This document shows, piece by piece, positions 18,313 to 27,650 of a DNA stretch of 64,000 nt; within the stretch, counting starts at the first letter, position 1, and each line of letters opens with the position of its first letter. The stretch spans positions 712 through 64,711 of the forward strand of contig JANWJD010000084.1 in NCBI GenBank assembly GCA_025449555.1. The letters are read 5' to 3'. Under the pieces are notes generated by a model that saw only the letters and a list, made by a program, of their open reading frames with translations, did no database searches and was not told the origin of the DNA. Position numbers and translations under genes: made by a program. The stretch comes from Chloroflexota bacterium (GTDB lineage: Bacteria; Chloroflexota; UBA5177).

Positions 18313-20081
18313 GACGATCGTTTCTGTACGGCACCGGTAGTCCAGGGGAGGCCGGCCTCCCACCGAAAACGCCGTTCCGTCAGGATGTTGCCGGCATCCA
18401 CGCCGGCTACATGCTGAAACGCCGTCGTTCCGTAGCGAGCTTCAAACGCCTCATCATGGTGAGTCAGCGCCTGACGGCGCTCGGTACTGAATCCTTTCAA
18501 CCTTCCCCCGCCGTCGAGTCGGTCAAAGTCGCTCAAGGAGAGTTGAGACGGTTTCGTAAACTCTCCAATTTTCAGTTCGACTGCCAGTAAACGAGGCGCC
18601 TGCTCGTCCTCACCGGCGGTGGATCGAGGTCGCGGCCGGCTCTGCAGCAGCAACCGTTGGGCTCGTTCGAGCAGAGCAGCGGCCGTGTCGATCGGCGTAC
18701 GAACCATGGCAACCATCTGCTGTGAACGACCGATATGCTCCGGTCGCGGCGTGAAGGATGCCGGCAACATGTCTCCCTCCGCAACACCGTCCCCGCCTCC
18801 GTCACCCTTCTCCTGCTCCGCGGGAGAAGGGCCGGGGATGAGGGTGCGCGCTCCCGAAAGCGGCTGCGGCAACCCCGAAGAATGGACCCGATACGGACTC
18901 GGCAGAGTTGGTCGCTCATCGTCCCGGTGGCGTGGCGCAGCCGTCAACCGTTGTAGCGTCGCCCCTTGTGGGCGACCCCGGGCTGACGTTTCATCCCACG
19001 TGGCGCCGCCCTGCGGCATGAATGACTCCGTCGCCGAGTGTTCGGGCGCTGTCACGCTCCGACCTCCACTACATTGCCCTGTGGTCATCCGACGTGGCAT
19101 CGCTTGCGGAATGAGTGTCTCTTTTGGAGTGGGCAGCACCGACGGCTCGCCATTCTCCAGGCTTCTTGCCGGTTTTCGCTCGGGCAGTAATTGCCCCGAT
19201 TCTTCCGTCCAGATCAGGGTTAGCCCTACCAACCTTCCCCCGGCTCTACGCTCCAGCAGCTCACCGGCACAGGTGTCGGCCAGCGTACGGAGACTGTCCA
19301 TCGCTTCCTCGATCGAGCCGTCCTCGCATTCGTAGCGCGCCACAATGAACGATTTTTCTGGCGGCGGCAGGACCGGACGCGGATCGATGCCGCGCGCGTA
19401 ACGGTGAAGCTGCTCGCCGGCGGCCCCAAAGCGTTGTTTCACCGCGGAGGAAGGAAGCGCGGCAAATTGCCCAATCGTCGTGAGGCCGAGCACCTGAAAC
19501 GTCAGCGCCAGGCGAGCATCGACCCCGGGCAACAAGGTCAGCGGAAGATCCGCCAGAAAGACGCGTTCTCGTCCTCGCTCGATCACCGTCACACCATCCG
19601 CCTCGGTAGATATCGAGGCTAGCTGCGCGACCAGTCGGTTCGATGCCATGCCGAGCGAAGGAACGATGCCGGTCGAACGTTCGATCTGCCGCGCGATGGT
19701 CCGTCCGGCGCTCCACTCATCACTCCAGAAGCGCTCACATCCGGACATATCACACGCTGCCTGCCCCATCTCCTCCGGTTCGACCAGCGGAGTATGACAG
19801 CGCAAGAGGTCGCAGATTTCCTCCCATACCTGCTCGTATCGAGGGAGATCGGGCAGGAGGAAAACCCCGTGAGGACAGTGCTGGTGTGCCTGAGAAAGCG
19901 TCATGCCGAGACGCACCCCAGACTGTTGCGCCAGTTGGTTCGCCTCGCGCACTATTCCCCGCTGCTGTGGTAAGCCACCGATAACCAGCGGGCAGGAGCG
20001 CAACTCCGGGCGCCGAGCTTCCTCCACTGCCACCCAAAAGCCGGGAACCACACGAAGGTGAACGATCATCATCGCCTCCAC
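18309..20081 (-). CDS. imuB: ImuB-like Y-family polymerase homolog (SOS mutagenesis cassette)
   Basis: N-terminal ~250 aa has the UmuC/DinB-like fold pattern (VHLRV...IGGLPQQRGIVREANQLAQQSGVRLGM); long low-complexity C-terminus; immediately upstream of dnaE2; LexA box 30 bp upstream. Confidence 0.7.
   Translation of the reverse strand: MEAMMIVHLRVVPGFWVAVEEARRPELRSCPLVIGGLPQQRGIVREANQLAQQSGVRLGMTLSQAHQHCPHGVFLLPDLPRYEQVWEEICDLLRCHTPLVEPEEMGQAACDMSGCERFWSDEWSAGRTIARQIERSTGIVPSLGMASNRLVAQLASISTEADGVTVIERGRERVFLADLPLTLLPGVDARLALTFQVLGLTTIGQFAALPSSAVKQRFGAAGEQLHRYARGIDPRPVLPPPEKSFIVARYECEDGSIEEAMDSLRTLADTCAGELLERRAGGRLVGLTLIWTEESGQLLPERKPARSLENGEPSVLPTPKETLIPQAMPRRMTTGQCSGGRSVTAPEHSATESFMPQGGATWDETSARGRPQGATLQRLTAAPRHRDDERPTLPSPYRVHSSGLPQPLSGARTLIPGPSPAEQEKGDGGGDGVAEGDMLPASFTPRPEHIGRSQQMVAMVRTPIDTAAALLERAQRLLLQSRPRPRSTAGEDEQAPRLLAVELKIGEFTKPSQLSLSDFDRLDGGGRLKGFSTERRQALTHHDEAFEARYGTTAFQHVAGVDAGNILTERRFRWEAGLPWTTGAVQKRSS
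18946..18988. repeat. REP-like repeat family 1 copy inside the imuB ORF
   Basis: CAACCGTTGTAGCGTCGCCCCTTGTGGGCGACCCCGGGCTGACG; in frame, encodes GRPQGATLQRL in the imuB linker. Confidence 0.8.
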
Positions 20082-20111
20082 GACATACTGAGATCGTATT
20101 CCCTCTTATTG

Positions 20112-20123
20112 GAACATAAGTTC
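20112..20123 (-). promoter_or_regulatory. LexA/SOS box (GAAC-N4-GTTC, Cheo-box type) upstream of imuB
   Basis: GAACATAAGTTC lies ~30 bp upstream of the imuB start, beside a TATATAAT -10-like element. Confidence 0.7.
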
Positions 20124-20227
20124 TATATAATGTCAATACCTGGGACATATTTTCTCATAAGACACTACATGTTGTGGCCCACCCTCCATTCACCCGACTC
20201 TGGATGATCACCATACGCACACATGGT

Positions 20228-20265
20228 CCCAGGGAACGGCCGGCGTGCCGTTCCGCCCGAACGTC
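20228..20265. repeat. GC-rich hairpin repeat family 2 (copy 3, diverged), in the imuB/epimerase divergent region
   Basis: CCCAGGGAACGGCCGGCGTGCCGTTCCGCCCGAACG; stem GGGAACGGC/GCCGTTCC. Confidence 0.6.
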
Positions 20266-20630
20266 GGCCCGCGCTCCCGTTCCGATTCCCAAGGCGACCT
20301 TTGCACGCGGCATGGCGCCGCACCTGTGGGACACACTCCCTCTTGCTTTTCCTTCCATCCGTCGTACGGTAGAAATAAGAACCGTCCACCCTTCACCCCC
20401 CAGCGACCACCCACCACGTAAACCAGAATTCTGACGAAACAAACCCAATTTTTGGCGATATGCCGCCAGTTCACTCTCCACCAACCCAAATCCAAAGCCA
20501 ATGAAAACCCACTCAAACACCCCTTAAACCCGATATGCACCCCCAACACCGCCCTTCACCCCGCCTGAACTCAGGCGACCGGGGGCCGGCGCGCTCCCTG
20601 GTACAATCGACTACTCGACGAGGAGGCTGT

Positions 20631-21653
20631 ATGGACCTCTCCTACGAGCCGTTGGACCTCCGCCTGCATGAGCCGTTTACCATCGCCCGAGGCACCCAAC
20701 TCGTCGCCCAAAATGTGCGGGTAACGCTGAGCCACGATGGAATCACCGGCAGCGGCGAAGCCGCACCAGAAGAACATTACGGCGAGCTCCAGGCGACGGT
20801 CATCGCCTTCCTGAACGCGTTCAGCCCGCGATTGACCGAGTATCCGGCCACCGTTCCACTCCACACACTCCATCAACTCATGCAGCAGACGGCCCAGCTC
20901 AATCCGGCTGCCAGAGCAGCCGTGGACATGGCTGCCTACGATCTGCTCGGCAAGCGCCTGGGTGCACCCGTCTACGAACTCCTGGGCTTGAATCCGGCCC
21001 ATACTCCTCGCACCTCCTACACCATCGGAATCGACGAACCGGAGGTCATGGCGCGGAAAGCAGCGCAGGCCGAGAAGGATCCTATTCTCAAAGTCAAGGT
21101 CGGCACCGCCCGCGACCGCGAGAACCTGGCATCCGTTCGTGACGAACGGCCGGATGCCGTGATTCGGGTCGACGCCAACTCGGCCTGGACTCCGAAGCAG
21201 GCCATAGCCCGGATCGCGGAGCTCGAGGAGTTCAAACTCGAGTTTGTCGAACAGCCGGTGGATGGCCGCGACCTGGAAGGACTCGGTCTCGTCCGCCGTG
21301 CCTCGAAATTACCGATCATCGCCGACGAGAGCTGCATCGTTCCGGCCGATGTACCTCGAGTAGCGCCGTACGTCGACGGCATCAATATCAAATTGATGAA
21401 GTGCGGGGGTATCTATCCCGCCCTCCAGATGATTCATCTCGCCCGAGCGCACCATCTCAGCGTCATGATGGGCTGCATGATCGAGAGCTCGATCGCCATC
21501 ACGGCCGCCGCCCACCTCTCCCCGCTCCTGGATTACGCCGACCTCGATGGAAACTTGCTGATCGACCACGATCCCTACCGCGGTGTAACCGTACGCGACG
21601 GCAAACTGTGTCTCCCATCCGCCCCGGGACTTGGGCTGCAGTCCGCCGCATGA
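20631..21653 (+). CDS. dipeptide epimerase (L-Ala-D/L-Glu epimerase-like, enolase superfamily)
   Basis: KVKVG, VDANSAW, EQP and catalytic-Lys context typical of MR/MLE-type dipeptide epimerases; GAGGAGG RBS before the ATG at 20631. Confidence 0.8.
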   Translation: MDLSYEPLDLRLHEPFTIARGTQLVAQNVRVTLSHDGITGSGEAAPEEHYGELQATVIAFLNAFSPRLTEYPATVPLHTLHQLMQQTAQLNPAARAAVDMAAYDLLGKRLGAPVYELLGLNPAHTPRTSYTIGIDEPEVMARKAAQAEKDPILKVKVGTARDRENLASVRDERPDAVIRVDANSAWTPKQAIARIAELEEFKLEFVEQPVDGRDLEGLGLVRRASKLPIIADESCIVPADVPRVAPYVDGINIKLMKCGGIYPALQMIHLARAHHLSVMMGCMIESSIAITAAAHLSPLLDYADLDGNLLIDHDPYRGVTVRDGKLCLPSAPGLGLQSAA

Positions 21654-22672
21654 CGGCCGAACCGATCCGAATCGTCGTGTCCGGCAGCCTGCCCGGTAGT
21701 TTCCCGGCCACGGCCTTCGGTGACCGGGTTGAATTCGTCACAGCTCACACCGACGACGAGTTGCGGAGCACGGTGCTGGATGCCGAGGTCCTTTTCACCT
21801 GGCGGGTCCCCGACGAGGTGCCGGACAAGACGCCCCGGCTGCGCTGGATCCAGCTGGCCAGTGCGGGCGTTGATCACATTCGGGGATTGCCTGTGTGGGA
21901 CAGCGACATACTGGTGACGGCCTCGCAGGGCTTGCATACCGTTCCTATGGCCGAACATTGTATGAGCCTTCTGCTGGCGTTGAATCGTCAGATACCGACA
22001 CTCGTTCGCGCCCAGGATCGCAGCGAATGGATTCACAACCGGCGTGACGTACATTTCGGGGAGCTGCGCGGACAGACGCTCGGCATCGTGGGTTGGGGCA
22101 AGATCGGGGACGGTTTGGCCCACCTGGCCCGCGCCTTCGGCATGCGCGTCATCGGCACGCGTTGGTCGGTCATGGTCCCGACCGAAGTTCCCCGGTCCGG
22201 CATCGGCGGATTCTCCGACGAGCCGTGGCTGGAACCGGTGGACGCTCCCGCCGATATCGTCTACCCGGCGTCTCAGCTCCACGATGTTTTGAGCCAGAGT
22301 GATATTGTGGTCATCATTCTTCCTCTTACCCAGGACACAGAAGCCTCTTTCGGGGAACAGGAATTCCGAGCTATGAAGCGCCGGGCGCTATTCTTGAACA
22401 TCGGGCGTGGGCGCGTCGTGCAAGAGGAGGCGATGATTGCGTCCCTGCAGTCGGGGTACCTTGCCGGTGCGGGGCTCGACGTCTTTTCGCGGGAACCTCT
22501 ACCGCGTAACAGCCCGCTCTGGTCGATGCCGAATGTGATCATCAGCCCGCACGTGGGCGGCGTCAGTGCCGCGACTCACGACCGGGTGGCTCGTTTCTTC
22601 GCCGTAAACTTGACCCGCTATCTCGAAGGACAGCCCCTCCTGAACGAAGTCCAGAGGCACGCGGGATATTGA
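21650..22672 (+). CDS. D-isomer-specific 2-hydroxyacid dehydrogenase (NAD-binding)
   Basis: GIVGWGKIGDGLA Rossmann motif and catalytic R/E/H pattern of the 2-Hacid_dh family; ATGA overlap with the epimerase stop. Confidence 0.8.
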   Translation: MTAEPIRIVVSGSLPGSFPATAFGDRVEFVTAHTDDELRSTVLDAEVLFTWRVPDEVPDKTPRLRWIQLASAGVDHIRGLPVWDSDILVTASQGLHTVPMAEHCMSLLLALNRQIPTLVRAQDRSEWIHNRRDVHFGELRGQTLGIVGWGKIGDGLAHLARAFGMRVIGTRWSVMVPTEVPRSGIGGFSDEPWLEPVDAPADIVYPASQLHDVLSQSDIVVIILPLTQDTEASFGEQEFRAMKRRALFLNIGRGRVVQEEAMIASLQSGYLAGAGLDVFSREPLPRNSPLWSMPNVIISPHVGGVSAATHDRVARFFAVNLTRYLEGQPLLNEVQRHAGY

Positions 22673-22731
22673 TCGCACGACGGATACCGACTCCAGACCC
22701 CAGGAACTGACGTCAGACGGAAAGGATGCTC

Positions 22732-24006
22732 ATGAACGGTAGTGACGAATTTTTTTCCGAGCGCCTGGACAGTGGGATCCAGGTAGTCGGACAACCCATG
22801 GTCGGCGTGGAATCGGCCTCCGTTGGGTTCCTGATTGGCGCCGGCGCGCGCGACGAAATGGAACCAACTTTCGGCGTCTCGCATTCCCTGGAGCAGATGC
22901 TGTTTCGTGGCACGGATACAAAAAACGCTCGCCAGATATCGGAAAGCTTTGATAGTCTCGGCATCAGCTACGATTCCTCGGCCGGAATCGAGATGACCTT
23001 GATGAGCGCGGTGCTGATCGGAAATCGATTGCCGCCCGCGTTGGAATTGTTGGTCGACTGCTTGCGCCATCCGTCCTTCCCCGAGGAGGAGATGGAAAGC
23101 GTGCGATCGCTCCAGCTGCAGGAAATTCGGCAGCGGGAGGACCGACCGGCACAGAAAGTAATGGACTCGTTGCGCCGCCAGTTTTTCCGGAGCAATCCGA
23201 TCGCCAACGACGTGCTCGGAACCGAAGAGACCGTCGCGGCGCTCACTCGCGATTCGATCGCCGGCTACTGGCGAAGTCGTTACACCGCGAACAATGTAGT
23301 GATCTCCGTGGCGGGCAATTTCGACTGGGATTCTGTAGTTCCACTTTTGCAGGACCTGACCGCCGGCTGGCCGAGTCACGGGGGACGGTCGGAACCAGGC
23401 GTTCCTGAACCACACTCCGGCACCTTCGTGTTCCATAAGGTATCCAGCCAGGAAAATCTGGGGTTCGCATTTGCCGGTGTCCCCGTAGCCGACCCCGACT
23501 ACTACGTGGCCGCACTGGTAGCTCAAGCGCTGGGCGGGAGCTCGCACTCCCGCCTCTTTCAGGAGGTTCGCGAAAAGCGCGGCTTAGCATACGCCGTGCA
23601 AGCTCGGTTTGACGGTATGGAACGCGCTGGACTGATGCGTATCTACGTCGGAACGAGCGCGGATCGGGCGCACGAAAGCGTCGAAGTCGTGCTGCAAGAG
23701 CTCAGAAAGCTGGAGACCGGCGGCATTACGGAGGACGAACTCCGGCTCTCGAAGACTCGCCTCAAGAGTCAGCTCGTCATGCGAAGCGAAAGCACGCTGG
23801 CCCGCATGGCGTCGAACATGCGCTCCTGGTGGTTTGAAGAAAAACTTTACAGTCTGGCGGACGTCGCGCAACGTATCGACGCCGTCGATCTACCGGCAGT
23901 TGCCGATCTTTTGAAACGACTCGAAATCACAGAGCGCTTGACCGCCGTCGCCCTCGGCCCCCGATCCGAGGAAGAGCTGTTCGGCGGCGTGATGGCGCGG
24001 TCCTGA
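22732..24006 (+). CDS. M16-family peptidase, non-catalytic-type subunit (degenerate HxxEH)
   Basis: Insulinase fold similarity; the zinc motif position reads HSLEQ instead of HxxEH; followed 13 bp later by an active paralog. Confidence 0.8.
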   Translation: MNGSDEFFSERLDSGIQVVGQPMVGVESASVGFLIGAGARDEMEPTFGVSHSLEQMLFRGTDTKNARQISESFDSLGISYDSSAGIEMTLMSAVLIGNRLPPALELLVDCLRHPSFPEEEMESVRSLQLQEIRQREDRPAQKVMDSLRRQFFRSNPIANDVLGTEETVAALTRDSIAGYWRSRYTANNVVISVAGNFDWDSVVPLLQDLTAGWPSHGGRSEPGVPEPHSGTFVFHKVSSQENLGFAFAGVPVADPDYYVAALVAQALGGSSHSRLFQEVREKRGLAYAVQARFDGMERAGLMRIYVGTSADRAHESVEVVLQELRKLETGGITEDELRLSKTRLKSQLVMRSESTLARMASNMRSWWFEEKLYSLADVAQRIDAVDLPAVADLLKRLEITERLTAVALGPRSEEELFGGVMARS

Positions 24007-24018
24007 AGGAGAGTACTT

Positions 24019-25299
24019 ATGGCCACGACCATCACCAGGCAGGACAGCACATTTCACACGCACGTCCTGCCGAACGGCCTGCAGCTCATCGGACAGACGA
24101 TCCCTGGAGTTCAGTCCACGGCCGTCATTTTTTGGGTGTGCACCGGCACGCGCGACGAGATCATCGACCAGATGGGAGTCTCACACTTCCTCGAACATAT
24201 GGCGTTCCGGCGCACCAAAAAATACTCGGGCGGCGAGATCGACCGAACCTGGGAAGAAATGGGGGCGGATCACAATGCAGCCACCTCCTGGGAGATGACG
24301 TTCTACTGGGCACGCGTCTTGAGCGAGAACACCAACTGGGCGATCGACGTGCTGTCCGAGCTCACCAGGCCGGTGCTCGACGTGGACGACTTTGACCAGG
24401 AACGGAACGTCATTCTGGAAGAAATCGCGCGCTACGAGGACCAACCGGTCCACGTCCTGTTCAGCCACTTCATGCGCGACTTCTACGGTGACTACCCGCT
24501 GTCCTGGGAAACGTTGGGTACACCGGAGACGATTCGCAACCTGGATGTCGAGCAGATGCGCGCCTACTGGCAGCGCCGCTACGGCGCCAGGAACGTCATT
24601 TTTTCGATTGCCGGCGCGTTCGATTGGGAAGAGGTGAAGGCCACCGTCCAGCGCCTCACCTCTGACTGGGAGCCCGGTGAGGCGGAACGACAGCTGGGAC
24701 AGCCCAGATTTGTCCCGAAGGCGCGGGTCTATCAGCGCCAGAAGTTCGTGCAGCAGCACATTGCTATCGGTACTCCAATGGTGTCGAGAAGCGACCCTCG
24801 CTACTACTCCGCCGCACTGCTCTCAACCATTCTGGGCGACGAAACCGGCTCTCGCCTGTTCTGGTCGGTCTATCAAAAGGGATTGGCCGATTCTGCTACC
24901 GCCCAGGCGATGGAGTTCGAGGACACGGGAATGATGCTGGTTCACATCGGCACAGAGCCGGCGAAAGCGGTGGAGGCACTGGAAATTACGCAGTATGAAC
25001 TCGAGCGCCTGCAGCACTTCGACGTTGACGAAATGGAGCTCGAACGGGCCAAGGCCAAACTCAATAGCTCAGTGGTGATCGGTGGCGAGAGCACCAATGA
25101 GCGCGTCATGGGCCTTATCTCGTCCTGGCTCACTCAGGGACGTCTCGAAACCCTCGAAGAGGTTCGTACCAAAATCGATCAGGTGACCCTGCAGGACTTG
25201 AAGAGCCTGCTCGACGACAAACCGATCTGGCCAAACCAGGTGATTACCGCCGTCGGTCCACTTTCTGAGGAGGAGTTACCAATCCGACTGCCAGGGTAA
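24019..25299 (+). CDS. M16-family zinc peptidase (pitrilysin-like), active subunit
   Basis: Inverted zinc-binding motif HFLEHMAF (HxxEH). Confidence 0.85.
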   Translation: MATTITRQDSTFHTHVLPNGLQLIGQTIPGVQSTAVIFWVCTGTRDEIIDQMGVSHFLEHMAFRRTKKYSGGEIDRTWEEMGADHNAATSWEMTFYWARVLSENTNWAIDVLSELTRPVLDVDDFDQERNVILEEIARYEDQPVHVLFSHFMRDFYGDYPLSWETLGTPETIRNLDVEQMRAYWQRRYGARNVIFSIAGAFDWEEVKATVQRLTSDWEPGEAERQLGQPRFVPKARVYQRQKFVQQHIAIGTPMVSRSDPRYYSAALLSTILGDETGSRLFWSVYQKGLADSATAQAMEFEDTGMMLVHIGTEPAKAVEALEITQYELERLQHFDVDEMELERAKAKLNSSVVIGGESTNERVMGLISSWLTQGRLETLEEVRTKIDQVTLQDLKSLLDDKPIWPNQVITAVGPLSEEELPIRLPG

Positions 25300-27499
25300 G
25301 GTGATTGTCCGTCACATCGTCGACCACCGCCGCTTGAATCGAGGAGGCGATTCTTGCGGCGAAGCTGCCATCGCGTGCAGTCGTCCCCCGAGCAAGTGTG
25401 TGACCGGCTTTGTCTCGAATCACCAGCAGCCGATCGTGCATGGCGACCCCCGATGAGTCGCAGAGGCGTACTGCGACCAGGCGGTAGACCGCACGCGCCG
25501 CCCGCAGCGCCGGCCCGATGGTCGCGCTTGAGCGGACTGTCGAGGTCGCGAACGGCTCGTTCACGAGTGCCGGTGGCCGGACGAGCCGGCAGGAGTTTTG
25601 CCAGATGTGGTTCAACCGGAGAGTGAAGACAGCCGGATGGATCGCGTCGACATATCCGGTCCAGTAGGCCACATTGAGGTCAGTAGGTTCCTGAAAACAA
25701 AATCGGTCAATGCCTGGTGCGGTCACCTCCAGCAACAGCAGATTGTGTCCGGCTCGGTCCGACGAGCCTCCCGATCGAAAAGGGTCGAGCGGCAAGGTAA
25801 ATTCGCCGGCCCTGCCCGTGAGCACCGTGGAATCCGATTGCGTAAACCGGTGGGTGCCATACCCAACCCCGGAGTCGTAGAACAGGCGCACGGTTGCCGT
25901 CCCCGTCAGTTTCTTCCCGGCTGCATCCAGCACGCGCAGCACGTTTCTGGCGGGAATATCGGCGAACCAATCGCCGATGTTGCATGGGGCATTGAAATTC
26001 CCGCACAGGGCTCGCCTGTTACCCAGCCGATTCAGCACCAGCGCTGTGTACGGACTGTAGAAGTCGGCGCACACGCACGACATCAGGTCGCGCTCCACGT
26101 TTTGATACACCAGGGTGCCTCCATCCGATCCCGCAAAGCCGCGAATCGAGTTGCCTATTCCGAATGGATCGAGCGGATTGTATGCCGGTGTACCGCCTGC
26201 GGATCGCACGTCGATTTGACTCGGACTGTCAACCGGAAGGTCAAAGCGATACAGGTCGGCCAGCGATCGCGCGTGTCCCAATTCGTGCAACATCGCCCAG
26301 TCGATGCGAAACGGCCCCGGAGAGTTCAGGGCATACCCCAACGAGACGTCCTTCGATGGTAGCCCCCATTCCAGATCCACCGAGTGATCTTGCCGTTTGG
26401 GAGAATCCGAGGCGATTCCCCCGTCCAGCGGCAACGACCCATCCGGTACCACCGTGATCTTGTCGACCCGCACCCGGGTGGCAACTCCATTCGGCGTGAG
26501 TCCCGGATATCTGGCCTGGCGAAACATCTCATTCCAGGCCCGAACCTGACGCTGCAACCAGTCTTCGAACGAGTCCGAACCGGTGCATCCCTGCAGTTGG
26601 CAATATCGTTGTTGGTACGCACGAAAATAGGTGTAGGCGGATCGCTCCACCCAGAATCCCAGCGTGATTGCGTTTGTGTCGATGTTGAGTCCGTTATTCC
26701 CTGTAGCCAGCTCCGGGTCCTCAGTCGTGACCTGAAAACTCAACCGGTGATCGGCCATGGTCCACGGCAGTGTCAGCGATAGAGTTGCTTCCCCGAAAGG
26801 CGGCAGAGCGGCTGGATACTGACCGGTTTGCAGGAGTTTTCCGTCGAGCAGCCACCGGTACTGAAAGGCAGAGACCGGTCGACCTCCCTGGTTCATCACG
26901 TGCGCCACGTAGGTCAGATTCTGGCCCACACTCGGCACGTTCGGCGTGCCGTCGTACGCATACGTGGGATCCCGATGAATGTATGTGACGTCGAGGTCCG
27001 CGAGATCGACCCGCCCGTCCAACAGTTCGTAGTTCGGCAGGACGGTCTGGGCGTCCGGGCTCCCGGTGTCGTCGAAATACGAAGCATAGTACGTCGACGC
27101 CTGGCCGAATCCGCCGCGGAAGAGGAAGCAGAGTGGTTTGCCTTGCCAGTTTTGACTGTGACCCGACTGCAAATCGACCACCGCCTCTACGAAGCCGGAT
27201 GCCCGCACTGGGAGAGCGCCGTACGCTTCTTCCGTCGTCGCGGCGCACGTCGCGCCGACCCAGACCCCCCAGTTCTTATCCCCTGGTGCGTCGTGGAGCA
27301 CGATGTGAAAATATCGATGGATCGCGGTGGTGGACGGAAAGGGACAGTCAGTCGGATTGTCCCCGCAGGTGCGATCTCCTTCGAACAGAGCCTGTACCGT
27401 CCCTTGCGGCGCCTGCGCCACGACCGCCGGAGCATTGCCGGCAGTGGAAAGGGCGATTGCCGGCAGGCAGAAATACAGGACCAAACTTCTCATGCTCAT
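25244..27499 (-). CDS. secreted zinc metalloprotease (HExxH), 751 aa
   Basis: Signal peptide MSMRSLVLYFCLPAIALSTAGNAPAVVAQA; HELGH motif (WAMLHELGHARSLADLY). Confidence 0.65.
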   Translation of the reverse strand: MSMRSLVLYFCLPAIALSTAGNAPAVVAQAPQGTVQALFEGDRTCGDNPTDCPFPSTTAIHRYFHIVLHDAPGDKNWGVWVGATCAATTEEAYGALPVRASGFVEAVVDLQSGHSQNWQGKPLCFLFRGGFGQASTYYASYFDDTGSPDAQTVLPNYELLDGRVDLADLDVTYIHRDPTYAYDGTPNVPSVGQNLTYVAHVMNQGGRPVSAFQYRWLLDGKLLQTGQYPAALPPFGEATLSLTLPWTMADHRLSFQVTTEDPELATGNNGLNIDTNAITLGFWVERSAYTYFRAYQQRYCQLQGCTGSDSFEDWLQRQVRAWNEMFRQARYPGLTPNGVATRVRVDKITVVPDGSLPLDGGIASDSPKRQDHSVDLEWGLPSKDVSLGYALNSPGPFRIDWAMLHELGHARSLADLYRFDLPVDSPSQIDVRSAGGTPAYNPLDPFGIGNSIRGFAGSDGGTLVYQNVERDLMSCVCADFYSPYTALVLNRLGNRRALCGNFNAPCNIGDWFADIPARNVLRVLDAAGKKLTGTATVRLFYDSGVGYGTHRFTQSDSTVLTGRAGEFTLPLDPFRSGGSSDRAGHNLLLLEVTAPGIDRFCFQEPTDLNVAYWTGYVDAIHPAVFTLRLNHIWQNSCRLVRPPALVNEPFATSTVRSSATIGPALRAARAVYRLVAVRLCDSSGVAMHDRLLVIRDKAGHTLARGTTARDGSFAARIASSIQAAVVDDVTDNHLTLAVGLVTPPQKVDRRR

Positions 27500-27650
27500 C
27501 TAACCATGTCAGCGTACGCTATGCGATGAACGTCATTCACCCTTCCTTTCCAGAACGAGCCTGAGCCCTCCCTGTCTCGGGCTCGTTCTTTACTTGGTCC
27601 AGCCGTACTGCTATGCTGCTCTTCGTCCCCCTTCCGCAGCACCGTTTCTT

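Noticed and set aside
20155-20520. 121-aa minus-strand ORF upstream of imuB, considered as a possible imuA'
   Set aside because: No RecA/ImuA-like Walker motifs, low-complexity Gly/Arg composition, and it overlaps the LexA box and hairpin region; treated as non-coding.
22618-23547. 309-aa minus-strand ORF
   Set aside because: Fully antisense to the M16 peptidase gene, which has a clear family signature; no recognisable domains.
27594-27650. TTG-initiated 19-codon extension of ftsK
   Set aside because: The ATG at 27651 is the first canonical start; the upstream TTG is kept only as an alternative.
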